Source: Octopus sinensis (lineage: Eukaryota). Taken from it: DNA of 64,000 nt. A program made the position numbers and the translations under genes. Below, one piece after another: positions 35,971-49,531 of the stretch. The stretch spans positions 86,738,001 to 86,802,000 of the forward strand of contig NC_043003.1 in the NCBI RefSeq assembly GCF_006345805.1, given 5' to 3'. Within the stretch, counting starts at the first letter, position 1, and each line of letters begins with the position of its first letter. The notes below the pieces were generated by a model, which saw only the letters and a program-made list of their open reading frames with translations, ran no database searches and had not been told where the DNA came from.

Positions 35971-38737
35971 TGTGTGTGTGTATGTGTGAGTGTGTGCGTG
36001 TGCGTGTGTGTATGTGTGTGTGTGAGGCGAGATGAAAAAACAAAAAAATATGTGTGTGTTAGTGTGTGCGTCTGTGTGTAGGCGTGTGGGTAGGGCGAGA
36101 CTAGTGGTCAGCTAGCAACGAGGTCGTAGTAAAAAAGAAGTAGGAGAAGGGAGGTCAGTAGTAAGAAAAAGAAGGAAGGAGGAAGGGAGGGAGGGGAAGG
36201 GGTGGGGGCGTATGTAGCGTGCCAGCGTGTGTTGAGTAGTAGTGTGTGTGTGTGTCCAGTGTCGTGGTGGTATTAATGGCGAGTAGATTGAATGTGTGTA
36301 AGAGTGATGTATATATATATAGGCAAGGTGTGTATATGTGTGCGCGTGTGTGTAACGAAAAAGGGGGGGGGTTAAGGAAAAAGGACTCCAGCTGAGGGGA
36401 AGATGGAAGAGTGGTACCGCGGAGACAGGCGTGGGAAAACCCAACGACACGCGACGGTCCCAGGAACGGGCGGGAGGTCTCGTCAGGTCCAAGGGCGAGG
36501 TGTATGCGGCGCGTATGCACGCGCGCCGGCGCAAGTGCGTATGTGCGCGTGCCTGCGAGTATGCGCGTAAGTATGTATGTGTGTGGATGTGTGAGTGTGT
36601 CTGTGTGTATGTCTGGGTGGCAGTGTGTCCGATGAATGTATGTGAGTATGTGTGTATGTATGTGTGTGCATAGATGTATGTCCGTGTGTGTGTGTGTGTG
36701 TGTATGTGTGAGTGTGTATGTATGTACGTGTGGGTGTGGGGAAGTGTGTGTATGTGCATGTGTGTGCGCGTACATACAGGTGTGTGAGTGAGTGTGTGTG
36801 TGTGTATGTATGTGTGAGTGTGTATGTATGTGTGTGTCGGATGCATGTATGTGTATGGGTGTATGTATGCGTGTGTGTATGTATGTGTACGTGCGTGTGT
36901 GTGTGTGTATGCGTGTAGGTGTGCGCGTGTGCATGCATGCATGCATGTGCGTATGTGTGTGTGTGTGTGCATGTGTGTGGGTATATATGTATGTGCGTAT
37001 ATGTGTGTGTATGTGCGTACATGTGTGTGTGTGTGTATGCATGTGTGTGTATGTAGGTGTGTAGGCGTGTGTGTATAGGTGTATGTATGTAAGTATGTGT
37101 GGGTGTGTCCGTGTATGTGTGTGTATGTATGTGTGTGTATGTAGGTGTGTGGGCGTGTGTATATGTGTGTGTATGTAGGTGTGTGGGCGTGTGTATATAG
37201 GTGTATGTGTGTATGTCTGGTGTGTCCGTGCATGTTTGTGTGTGTGTGTGTATGCATGTGTATGTGGGTGTGTGTGTACGTGTGTAATGTATGTGTGTAT
37301 GCGTGTGTATGCGTGCGTGTGTGTATGTAGGTGCGTGTGTATGTGTGTGGGAGTGTAGGTGTGTGTGTGCGTGTGCGTGTTTATGTTGGTGTGTGCGTAT
37401 GTGAGTGTGAGTGTATGGGTGTTTGTCATGCATGTGTGTGCGCGTGCAGGTGAGTGTGTGTGTAAGTATGTGTGTGTGTATGTTTGTGTGAGTGTGTAAG
37501 TGTGTATGTCTTTGTGTATGTATGTGCGTATAGGAGTATGTGGGTATGTGTGTATGTATGTATATGGGTGTATGTATGTATGTGTGTGTGTGTGCATGTG
37601 TATAAGTATATGTGTGTGTGCGTATGTGTGTATATGTGTATGTGTGTGTGTTTATGTATGTGTGTATGTATGTGTGTAGGCGTGTGTGTGTAGATGTATG
37701 TATGTATGGGTGTGTGTCCGTGTGTGTTTGTGTGTGTGTGTAGGTAGATGTGTGTGTCTGAGTGAGGGTATGGCTGTGTAGGTGTGTGTGTGTATGAATG
37801 TAAGTGTGTGTGTATACAAGTGTAATGTATGTATGTAGGTGTGTGTGTGTGTGTGTATGTGTACGTGTGCGTGTGTATGTGTGTGTGTATGCGTGTGAGT
37901 GTGAGTGTATGGGTGTATGTCTGTGTGTGTGTATGTCTGAAGTAGGTATGTATGTGTATGTATGTATGTGTGTGTGTGTGCAGGTATGTGTGTGTATGTG
38001 TGTGTGTGAGTAGGTGTGCGTGTATGTATGTGGGTAGGGATGCATGCGAGTGTGTGGGTATGTATGCATACATACGTACGCGCACATCCGAAGCAAGCCC
38101 ACACGCACAAAGCGCGCTCACGCACACAACGCACAAGCAGTACAACGCAAGCCCAAGGGGCCGACCAAGCCCCCAGCGCGCGCCAAGGCGCGCGAGCGCA
38201 AAGGCCCTCGAACGCCCCGCTACGCGGGAACCGAGGATCCATCAGCCAAAACCGGAAAGCAGAAAAGAGGGGGGGCTGCCTGGATGCAAAAAGGTGTATG
38301 TGTGTGTGCATTCAGTGTAAGGGTGTGCATGTGTGGGCATGTATGTATGTATGTGCCTACATGTATGTTTGCATGTGTGTGTGTGAAGTATGTACGTGCG
38401 GTGTGTGTGTGTGTGAGTGTGTGTGTATGTATGTGCGTATGTATGTGTGTGTGTATGTGTGTATGTATGTCTGTGTGTGTGTGTGTGTGTAAGTATGTAT
38501 GTGTGTGCGTATGTATGTATGTGTGTGTGTGTGCATGTTGGTTTGTATGTTAGTGTGTGCTAGTATGTCTGTAAGTGTGTGTGATTAAATGTGTGAATGT
38601 ATGTACGTAGATGGGTCTACGTATGTGTGTGTGTGAACAGGCGTGTGGGAGGTAGGTGGTTGGGTGGTGTGGGAGGTAGGTGGGTGGGTGTGTGCGTGTG
38701 GGAGGCAGGTGGGTGGGTGTGTGTGGTGGGTGTGCCA
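35971..38737. repeat. About 2.8 kb degenerate (TG)/(TGTA)n tract with two CpG-rich islands (36390-36560, 38070-38290)
   Basis: Direct reading. Source of the HTHT/CVCV ORF artefacts. Confidence 0.9.
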
Positions 38738-38764
38738 AAAAAAAAAAAAAAAAAAAAAAAAATC

Positions 38765-41365
38765 TCAAGAGGAGGGGGCTGTGTTAAGTCCGTGTGGGGT
38801 GGTAGTTTGTAGGGTGAAGATGTAGCGTTGCTCCAAGTGGAGCCTGGACCAAACACTGAGATGTCATCTAGGGAATGGCCGGCCGAGCGGAAGTGGCGTG
38901 CGACGGGAGAAAGAGAGTGTAGGCGAACGTCCCTTAAGTGCTCAGTGAAACGGTCGGACAACCGGCGTCCCGTCTGTCCTACATACAGCATCCCGCATAG
39001 GTTGCATTTAATGCAGTAAATAAGGCCAGACGAGGTGCACGTAAAAGAGTGCCTAATGCGTACAGTGTGCAGGTTGGAGCCGGTGACAGCGGTGGTGTTG
39101 GTGATGAAGGGGCAAGTGTTGCAGCGGGATCTAGAGCAAGGGAATGATCCGTGTGGGGCTGAGGGGGAAGGAGAGAGGGTGCTGTGGACCAGGAGGTCAC
39201 GCAGATTGCGGGCTCGTTTGAAAGAGGACAGGGGTAGGTTAGGGAAAATGGGGCGGGTGGTGGGATCAAGCTGGAGGCGACGGAAGGCACGTAGTATCTT
39301 GCGACGAAGGGGTAGGGTAGAGGGGTGGAAAAGGAGGGGGAAGGGGTGCGGTTGGGGGTGGGCGGGGGGAAGGAGACAGGGGTAGTGTAGTGCGGTCGAT
39401 GCGACGGGCGCGGGTGAGGGCATCAGAGAGGAGTATGGGTGGGTAACCTCGGAGTCTGAACATGCGGGCCAGGTATTGAGATTGGGTCTCGAAATCCTGG
39501 TCGCGGCTGCACAAACGTCGGAGGCGGAGGAACTGGGAGTAGGGGATGGCTCGTTTGGTGTGGAAGGGGTGGGAGGAAGAGAAGTTGAGATAGAGGTGGG
39601 AATCCGTAGGTTTAAAAAAGGCGGTGGTGGTGAGAGATCTGGAGGGGTGATCGATGCGGAGAGAGATGTCAAGGAAGTTGACAGAGGTGTTGGAGATGGT
39701 GGAGGTGAATTGAAGGAGGGGTGAAAGTTGGAAAGGAAAGAGATGAATTGGCAGAGAAGTTCACGGGAAAGGGATGTGGCACCTACGCAGTCGTCGATAT
39801 AGCGACCGTATAGTTCGGGGGTCGGCCCAGAGAACTGGGAGAACACTTGGGCCTCAATGTAGCCAAGAAAGAGATTGGCGAAATTGGGGCCCATCCTAGT
39901 TCCCATCGCGACCCCGGACACCTGTTGGTACGTTTCCCCGGCGAACGTGAAGCAATTGAGGGTGAGGACGAGCTCGGCCAAACGGAGAAGGGTGGGGGTG
40001 CTGGGGGTGGGGTCGGGACGACGGTCGAGGAAGTGTTGGAGGGCTAGGAGACCGTCATTGTGGGAATCACTGTGTACAGGGATTTTACATCTAAAGTGAA
40101 GAGGAGGTGTGAGGGCTGGAGGGAAGGAAAGGAATTGAAGAGACGGAGGGCGTGGTTGGTGTCGTGTATGTGGGATGGGAGGGCTGCGACTAAGGGGGAC
40201 AGGATGCGGTCGAGGTATAGGGAGATGAGTTCAGTGGGGCAATTACAGGCAGAGACTATGGGACGGCCAGGATTAGAGGGTTTATGGATCTTGGGAAGGA
40301 AGTAGATGGTGGAGGTGCGGGGTGTGCGGACGATGAGGTTGGTGGCGGTGAGGGGGAGAGCGGAGGAGGAGATGAGGTCGTGGATGGTGGAGGACACTCG
40401 TTGTTGGTAGGAGGAGGTGGGATCGGAGGGGAGGAGGCGATAGAAGAGTGGATTTTGAAGCTGGTTGAGCGCTTCCTCCCTGTATAGGTCCGCGCGCCAC
40501 ACTACTACTGCCCCGCCTTTGTCCGCCGGTTTGATGACAATGTCATCACGACGGCGGAGGTGGCGAAGGGCAATGGATTCGGCCCGAGTGAGGTTGGCTC
40601 GGCGGGGTCTTGGTTCAAAGTTGAAACGGTGGACCAAAGCGTTGCAGTCATGTACAAACGAATCTAGGCTACTGAAAAGGCCTGGGGGCGGCGTCCAGAT
40701 GGATGGACGACGCCCCAGCTCCAAAAGGCAATCCTGATTGTTTTGACGCTGCGGGGACGCGTGGTAGTATGCGCGAAGTTTGAGGCGGCGCAGGAACAGG
40801 TTGACGTCCGCCCGAGTCTCGAACTCATCACAGTGGCGCGTGAGTGGCGTGAAGCGGAGACCTTTACTGAGGAGGGAGCGCTCAGCGGCGGAGAGGGGGA
40901 GGTGGGGGGTATAGTGACAACAGCGCGAGGAAGCGGGGTGGTGGGAGGACTAGGGGCAGGCGGAGGGGGTGCAGGGGTGTGAAGGGGAGGGTAGGGTGGT
41001 TGGGTGAAGATGGGTTAGGCGTAGGAAGGTCACGGTGGGGGGGGGTCCGTGGAAGGGTGGGGTAGGTGCGAAGGAGGGGGGGAACAGTGGGGGAGGATGG
41101 GGAAGGGAGTGAGGGGTTGAGGAGGAGGTGGAGTTTTTTGTTTTTTGTGTGTGTGAGGTGGTTGTAGAGTTGGTGGTTGAGATTAAGAATGAAGCGGAGG
41201 ATAGGTTGGGTGAAGAGTGGAGGGCAGAGGGCGGAGAGAAGGAGGTAGGCCTGGGGAAGTTGATGGTCGAGGGAGTCAAGGAGGGGGCGGGTGGAGCGGA
41301 TGGTGGCACGGAGGAGGGAGCGGGAGGTCCGAGCGAGGGTGGGTTCGATGTTATATTGTTTTAGT
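38765..41365 (-). mobile_element. GC-rich Neptune-type Penelope-like element (RT plus GIY-YIG), frameshifted
   Basis: IVIKPADKGGAVVVW, IYFLPKIHK..PGRPIVS, LDVKSLYTVIP, GVAMGTRMGP, RYIDD, CSRSRCNTC, CTSSGLIYCIKCNLCGMLYVGQTGRRLSDRFTEH and terminal LEQRYIFTLQT..PHGLN. Confidence 0.92.
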
Positions 41366-42310
41366 GGAAATGAAAAAAAATTACATATTGACAGTCGTGG
41401 AGTGTAATACTATATAGTAAGAGAGAGACACATATTCACGCATGTCAGACGTCTCATATGTGTATGCATGCGTAAATGTGTGTGTATGTTGAATAACATC
41501 CTTAACTCGGAAGCACGAACACACACTCAGACACATAACCACTCAGAGACATACACACTCATACACTCACGCACATACACTCACAGACACATAGACACTC
41601 ATATAAAAGATGTGATGCTGTCGTCGAACGCGGAAACATACACACACTGGTAGACATATAAACATTCATACACTCACACACATACACTGACAGACACATA
41701 CACACTCATATCCAAAATGTAACGTTGTTGTTATCGTCGTCGTCGTATAAAATGTCCTGCATCATTTTAGACTATAGAAAGATTATCGCTTTGAAATGTT
41801 ATATTCTTTAAAATCGAAATGAAAACAAATTACATGTTGATGCTCGTGTGGTGTGATACTATTACTTCGTAAAATTTGATTTGGTGGAGCCGCTTGGTAT
41901 ATATAGATTAACCAAATAGAAGCGCATGTACGAACTGTTAATTTAACGGTAAATGCCACAATAATATTTTACTGGTAACTGAACGGTAAATGTGTATTTT
42001 ATATACTTCAGACTAAGTATTATCACATTAGAATGAAAGTGAAGGAATTAGTGAAACAATATTCACTTTTGACGCGTAATACTACCACTCTAAAAGATTG
42101 CTCTGGGTCTGCATTCGGCATGAAGCTGGAAAATGCTTGATCCATGACACTCTATGGACCTTAAGTAATGCATGTGTAAAATTTGAATGAAATCGGTTGG
42201 GTAGTTCTTGAGTTTTAAGGATTCATACATACAGACACATACACACTCACATTTTCAGTTTTATATATATATATATATACAAACCAGTAGGGAGTTACGG
42301 AAATTTTACA

Positions 42311-42345
<35 letters not shown>

Positions 42346-42356
42346 ATATATATATA

Positions 42357-42408
<52 letters not shown>

Positions 42409-42496
42409 AATTCAATATTTCTAATTACCAAAAAACTGTAAATATATATATTTGCAGAGGCTTGGCAAGTATCACCGCTAGCAGGACTCGCTACCC

Positions 42497-42522
42497 TGGA
42501 CTGATGACGGGCAAGACCCAGA

Positions 42523-42530
<8 letters not shown>
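42497..42530 (+). ncRNA. Truncated hammerhead-like motif
   Basis: CTGATGA-CGGG(caaga)CCCA-GAAAC running into (TA)n. Cleavage triplet and stem I are lost. Confidence 0.4.
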
Positions 42531-42558
<28 letters not shown>

Positions 42559-42741
42559 CATATATATATACAAACCAGTAGAGAGTTACAAAAATGTTTC
42601 AAGGAAATAGATTTTTGCTCATCATTTATCAAACTGACTTTGAGAAATGCCATACACAAATCCTTGCCGATTGAAAATAAAAAATATATTTATATATTGA
42701 GTTGTTTTTCCTGTTTTACTTTATCGAATGTGTGTGTTTGT

Positions 42742-42818
<77 letters not shown>

Positions 42819-45614
42819 CGTTTGTTGCGATATTTAAGTCACCAATCATTATGCTTTGAGTTCATATCTCAAAAATATAGTAGTGTTTTTCAGCTATCAA
42901 GGTTGATAAAATAACTAGGGCTCATAGAGCCAACAACTCCAACTTTCATTTGAAGTAATTACTAGAATCAATATAACTGACTTAACTCAAGACAGTGGAT
43001 GCTCCAGCTTGGCTGTAGGTCAGAGATTGAGGCCCGAAAAAGAAGAATAAAAGAATAATATAAAAAGCATCTTATACATTTGGAAAGATATATCTTACTT
43101 TATCCGTCCAAGCAGAAGCTTTAGATTAAGCTAAGAAATCGGTATTTCAAGAACATTGAAACTCAATATAATAAACTCAGAACACAGTGGCAAAATCCTG
43201 TTCATATTTAATAATAATCTTTAAACATTATATTTTCTTTAAACATTATGAATCTTTATCTCGTATACGTATGAATTGCGACTTCCTTATTACACATTGA
43301 TTATTTAGCCTGTTTATTCAACTAAATTATGAAGAGAACAATATGAATTCTAATTTGAAATTGGCAATGATTAGCATCATTAACCTATTTTAATATCGTG
43401 ACCTAAACCTGAGCATTATCATTTTAATTAACTCTTTCATGGTTTCTGTTTAATTTTTTGCAAAATAATTTTTCGTCTTGTTGCTGGTGGTAGTGGTTAT
43501 TTTCCATTATAAATATAAATTTGATGCAATATTAGCATTGCTAATATAAATTCTGTTTTGTAGTTTTATTCATACAATGCTGAAAATAAAAATAAAGCGA
43601 TATTCATTGACTTAGATCCAAATGTGATTAAAGTGGTTACAGTTTGAATTTAATAATTCCCATGCTAACTATAAACTCAGCTCATATGCTCATAATTGTT
43701 TTAATTCCCATTAACATGGGTTTAGTCATTTAGAAAAGCCCTCGTACAAAGATAATTACGTGCTCTGGGACAACCATAGATCTAATACGTGAGAAGTATC
43801 TATGAAGAATATTAGTTCATATTCTATCGATTAAAATGCACAGATGTTCGAAAACCTCATGGCTCATATCCAGTCACTGAAATTATGTAATCAATGCCCC
43901 AAATCAAGACACTTAAAATCTCACTAAGTTTCGCTAAATCTTAATATACACCACTGAGCTATTATGGGATGTATTTCGTTTGTTTTAGTGAGTTCAGATC
44001 ATTCTTTGAGATTAGAGAAAGCTATCATGAACTACTTACAGTACTCAACATCATCAAAGTAAGATCTCAGTCGATTAGATAAGCTTTGCAATTAAACGTT
44101 GATCATATTTTAGATCGTGAGTTGTTATGTTACAGCTCTTGTATAAAAGCCTGTACTACATTCAACTCATCAGCAGCGGTAAAAGCATCTCCATCTTCGG
44201 TTCCAATGACAACCAAAACAGAATTGCTAATAAAACTGTTTTGGACAAATGCTAAAACTATTACTATAATGACCCAAATTCTTTGCGAGTTAACACTTTT
44301 CTATTGCGGCTTATAGTATTAAGTAGTTCCTGCCAATCGCATCCCTTTGCATTTTAGCGCTCTGGGCCACTGAGAGCTACTTGTCTTGCACAGCGCAGTT
44401 CCGTTGGCAGAACTCGATCCGTTCATCTTTAAGTCGGCAGTACGTCATCATGTCCAGCAGCGATGTTAATTGAAGCAGTTTGGTGCAAAATAAATAAACT
44501 GTGTATACTTGTATGACTAGAATTTGTTCCATATTTGAAAAAAATATATTTATTTTGAGTTCTTTAATTCTGTGTCTTACTACAGAATATGTCATCGATT
44601 TCGCTTGTGTCACATTCTATGAAATCTGATGATGACACTGCGTGTGAGAACAATCAACCTTTCCAGTCACAGAGAAAGACACGCAAAGAAAAAAATAAAC
44701 TAAATGGCTAAACTAGGAATTGGAACCGCTTCGCAAACTCGAATATCCATATCCTGTCACGGGCATCGGCATCACGCAGTCATTAAGTATCACACGGCAG
44801 TTAATATACTGTTGTATGCAATGAAAAAATTGTAAAATCGATAAGATTTTGTCAATTTGAAATGCTAAGTTCAACTCGCTGGGGAAAAGTTATCTGCTAT
44901 AGACTATCCACATATCCAGGATGAGATTTTCCTACCAGCCACTTACTACTGTAGGAAACCGGATTGCCGCATTTCCAAGCTCATGATACACTACAATTTT
45001 CATATTTGTACAATTTGTATATTTTAATTATCAATGTATATTTTAAGAAAAAAGTCTCATAAGATTAAATTACATATTTTCTAAGATCTATTTTGTATAA
45101 ATAGTTAATTTAGAACAAAATAATTATGCATTAACACATTTTAGTACACCACTACTGTAGATGCTTCATACAAAACTGTCTCCTGGATTTGTTTATTTTG
45201 CAAGTATCCGTGCAGGAGTTTCAGAGATAGTGCCAGCTCTCAGCTGTCTCTGTTTCCCATTAGTCTCCAATTCAAAACGTGAAGATTAATAGTGCACCCA
45301 CGTTACTAATAAATTCAAAGGGAGAGGTTGAGATAGAGAGGGAGAGAGCAAGAAAGACAGACAAACAGAGACAGAGAGACAGACAGACAGATATGAGATC
45401 AAGGGAGAGAAAAAGAGAGCTGGAAAAGGAAGAGGGAGAGGGAGAGAGAGAGGGTAAGTGTCAGAAAAAAGTCTCTTCTCACTTTTCTATTTTAAGACTT
45501 ATCTCCAATATGAAATATGTTTTTCGTGGTTGCTGTAGATAGCTGAAGACTGTGTGTTTAGTTTACTAACATCTATTAACATATTCATCAATCACTGTCA
45601 TCATTTCACCTCTA

Positions 45615-45830
45615 TCATTACTGCTAGGTATTTCTTAGTATCTCTAAGTTCATAGAAAAGTTCATCTTCGGTGCCGTCATGGACACTACTGACTTACGCA
45701 TTGTTTTAATATCTTGGTTATTATTTCTCTCACAGCCGCCTATGATGAATATAACCATTGGCATACCTAGACTTTAGACATCTTGTTCGGAGAGCGAGTT
45801 ATTAATTTGCAGTGGTCATTCGCGGGTTTC
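45615..45830 (-). mobile_element. pogo/Tigger DDE transposase C-terminal remnant
   Basis: Frameshifted VCQWLYSS*AAVREIITKILKQC and SVHDGTEDELFYE, matching the pogo W..V..EII.KSFKKCGIS..DGTEDD motif. Confidence 0.55.
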
Positions 45831-45899
45831 ATTCTTCTTACATAAAACTTTTTTAGTTTTAGTGGGAGAAAATTAATGGTTTTGTGATTGAACTAATGG

Positions 45900-46105
45900 G
45901 TTCAAATTTTGACACAAGGCCAGCAATTTTTGGTGGAGTGGGGTTAAATCGATTACATCGACCCCAGTGCTCAACTGATATTTATTTTATCGGCCCTGAA
46001 AGGATGAAAGGCAAAGTCGACTTCGGCGGAATTTTGACTCAGAACGTGCAGACGGACGAAATGCTGCTAAGCATTTGCCCGGCCTGCAAACGATTCTGCC
46101 AGTAG
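45900..46105 (-). mobile_element. SINE family A copy
   Basis: gacacaaggccagcaattt..tcgattacatcgaccccagt..gaaaggatgaaaggcaaagtcgac..gattctgccag. Confidence 0.85.
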
Positions 46106-46240
46106 CTTTGTTCGTCTTGACTGAGAATAATAAGTAGTTGTAGCTATAACGTTAGATCATCGGCCATATCTGTTTGTTTAATCTTTAATTGTTCATTGTC
46201 TGACATGGTTTTTGTAATTGCTAGCTTTAGTGGGATAGTT

Positions 46241-46457
46241 TACTCTTTTACTCTTTTACTTGTTTCAGTCACTTGACTGCGGCTATGCTGGAGCACCGCC
46301 TTTAGTCGAGCAAATCGACCCCAGGACTTATTCTTTGTAAGCCTAGTACTTATTCTATCGGTCTCTTTTGCCGAACCGCTAGGTTACGGGGACGTAAACA
46401 CACCACCATCGGCTGTCAAGCGATGTTGGGGGGACAAACACAGACACACAAACACAT

Positions 46458-46506
<49 letters not shown>

Positions 46507-46661
46507 CGACGGGCTTCTTTCAGTTTCTTTCAGACTCACAAGTCTTTGGTCGGCTCGAGGCTATAGTAGAAGCCACTTGCCCAAGGTACCACGCAGTGGG
46601 ACTGAACCCAGAACCATGTGGTTGGTAAGCAAGCTATTTACCACACAGCCACTCCTGTGCC
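46241..46661 (-). mobile_element. Full-length SINE family B
   Basis: Reverse-complement match to 28152-28573, including the (GTAAAAGA)n tail. Confidence 0.9.
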
Positions 46662-47649
46662 TCGTTGTTGATACTTTATTTTTTACTCTGTTGAAGATAT
46701 TGCTCCGGGAATATATTCCAAGTCTCGTATAATGTTAATAAACATTTAAGGATACAGCTGCCTTGTGTGGATCTGAGGAAATATGGTATGTCTACTTACC
46801 CTGTGATACTGAAATTCTCCGTAACACTGAGCAGTTTCTGATTTCTTACATCCCTCTAAGCCTTAAGATAGGCATGGCAAATCTGTTGTGTATGCATGTT
46901 ATATTCTGAGCCCTAATGGCCGTGCTTTCTTTACTATCTTGAGGCTCTCCTCGCTCTCTTCTAATGAAAGGCTACATTATTCTTGTCCCATATATGAAAA
47001 TTCTCCTCTTTTCCAAAATACTTGTAGTTCTCACCAGTATGTAAACGCTGTATTGTCACGCAGCGCTCGTTTGGACGGTTTTTGTTGTGGGGAACGTACA
47101 CAAGTTTTCTTAGCTTTATCATTAGAGCTGCACATTAGGACCCAATTCAATCGAATCTTGGTTTGTGAGATTCAAGAGGTCGTCTACAAAGAAAAATATC
47201 AGAGATGTGTCTGAATCCATTGTATCCATTTATATAAACCATACTTTGTGAATAGGTATGATAAGAGATTTAATGAGAGGACAAAGGGTAGTACTTATGT
47301 TCTTTCCTCAACAAAATATAACATGAAATTCTTGAATGAATAAATATCCCGTCATAAGATATAGGGGTTTTCTGTGTCATTTTCTTAAGGAAGTCTCCAA
47401 AACTGTTCCCTTAATTTCACATTGTTTTTGTTCAACATACTTGTAGTATCTCTGCTCTAGTTCTTTCATTCACATACTTATCATACTTAAATTTTATCAC
47501 TTTTTCCCCTCATATAAACTTCTAGTGGCTTCCAATGTGGTTTCTGATGGAGCGCCTTTCATAGAGATTGAGCTGTGTTGACGATGAAGCAGCAACAATC
47601 TGATTTAGTACATCTGTCAAACAATCTGTCAAGCTTACCTACACATCCA

Positions 47650-47890
47650 CAATGTACAAGCTGAGTTGCTCGTAACAAAGTAAACAAATCTAAACCTGGG
47701 CTGCGAAGACATCTACACAGGAATCTTATCCCACCGACTTTCCAATCATTCCTGTAAATATGCCGTTTTTCGTCTGTGAGGTTTAGTTTCGAATTTGTAA
47801 ATTATCAACCAGTCTTAAGAATCACCTCAGAGCATATGGGCGTATTACATTGAACAATTTGAGAGATCCCTGAATAATTGGGTAAAATCG
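47650..47890 (-). mobile_element. Possible Tc1/mariner transposase C-terminal remnant
   Basis: Decayed ..KPH....LQE*LESRWDKIPV resembles the post-catalytic Tc1 helix. Many stops. Confidence 0.3.
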
Positions 47891-48889
47891 AGTAATAATC
47901 ATGTGTGTGTGTGTATCTGTGAATGAATGAATTCAAGTATATGCATGCATGCATACATATCCACTGCGTGTATACAATGCGTGGATCTATGTATTTGTAT
48001 TTCTGAATGTGCGCGTAAGCATATGTTTGTACGACTATAGCCATATGTACGCACTACATATAAAATTTCTGGACCGTTTTACACTTTTTCCCAGTTTCAT
48101 TAACAGCTGGTAATTATAATTTTTTCCTAGTCAACCTGCTATCTTCTGATTTTCTGAAACCCAACTTTTTTAAGATTGGCACTGAGATATTTAGTTACAT
48201 TTCTAAATACATGAATGACCACGAGCCTATATTTGATAAAGTCTTTGAAAATTGAAAGTTCAACTCAATATCATTCTCAAACTAGACATATAAACCAACT
48301 GATAAATTATTATATTTGTATTAAAATAATGAGTTCGCTACAAAAAATCTTATATATGTCAGTATGTTATGAAAGAAAGGAACAGGAATAAATTTATATC
48401 TTTAGATAAATAAACAGAAGTTGCACATAAACAAAAATATATTAATATATTAATCAGAATATCAAACACAACATTCTTAACTTAAAGTCTCTTCCAGAAC
48501 ATTACCGAGATTAAAGAATTAACAAATTGGATAAGGGATAAGGGGAGATTGAGATATTGATCCTCTAAATAAACTAAATATAGATGCAAAAATAATAAAG
48601 AATTGAAAAACTGAGATATAACTCCATTGATATTTCAGCATCCCTATGATTTTATTTAATCTACTTATCTAGTATTTTAGAACTTACGACTTATAGTAGA
48701 TATAGCTGTATTTCCAAAGAATGGTCTGTTTGGTAACAAAGTGGTAAGAGTCGTGAGTGAGTTGTAGAGTATGTCTTGCGGTAGTCGTCTTGGCTTTCAG
48801 AGTTCAAATTCACCGAATTTTCCTCACACTGCTTGAGTCACAAATGACTCAAAACTTTGCATCTCATGACTGCGAAACAAACTTCTTAA

Positions 48890-49290
48890 CCATTTGACTT
48901 TGCCGTTCCCACCCCTGTACAGCTGATCTGTACATCGGATAGCAAGACGTCCCCAAAGATACCGATTATGGGCAAAATCTCTGCATCTTCCCAAATGATG
49001 CTAATTTGCGTCAGATTTTCTTTGAAGGTGACACGCCATGTCCTCTTACATCTCTCTTCCTCTCTTTTTCTTTCTCTTTCTTCGTCCCTTTGGTGGTATT
49101 TGCTGTATAGTTGCCTAGGGTATTCGTTCTTCTGGTATTAGGAAAACATGGCTCGCAGGTCTTTCTCTTCTCTCTCCATCACAATCTCCTTCAGGCTGTG
49201 CAGATTGGCTCTTCTCAGGATTGGCTCTTTCCGTCCCTGTTTGTGATCTGGAATACTTAGCGTAGACACCATTACAAAAGGTAAAGTTTC
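48890..49290 (-). mobile_element. RTE-clade LINE 3' fragment
   Basis: Frameshifted EPILRRANLHSLKEIV..HVF.IPEERIP..PPKGRRKR..KRTWRVTFKENL..IWEDAEIL. Confidence 0.75.
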
Positions 49291-49304
49291 CTTTTCGAGT
49301 CATA

Positions 49305-49531
49305 CTGATTCAATAGGGCCGGTTTCCCGGTTTCCATGGCGTACATAGTCCCCACCTGGACGGGACGCCAGTCCGTCACAGGATTACTCATTTTTGTCAG
49401 CTGAGTGGACTGGAGCAATGTGAAATGAAGTGCTTTGCTCAAGAACACAACGCGTCGCCCGGTTCAGGAATCGAAAGCACAATCTTACGATCATGAGTCC
49501 AACACCCTAACCACTAAACCACGCGCCTCCA
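49305..49531 (-). mobile_element. tRNA-derived CORE-like SINE
   Basis: Minus head GGAGGCGCGTGGTTTAGTGGTTAGGG..TTTCGATTCC, then gttgtgttcttgagcaaagcacttcatttcac..ccagtccactcagctg. Confidence 0.82.

Noticed and set aside
36443-36489. Hammerhead candidate on the minus strand (GAC-CTGACGA..CGCGT-GTC-GTT)
   Set aside because: The GAAA half of the core is missing and stem II does not close; at best a decayed or mis-sequenced motif.
39035-41417. Plus-strand G/R/E-rich ORFs over the Neptune element
   Set aside because: Antisense shadows of the C-rich PLE coding strand.
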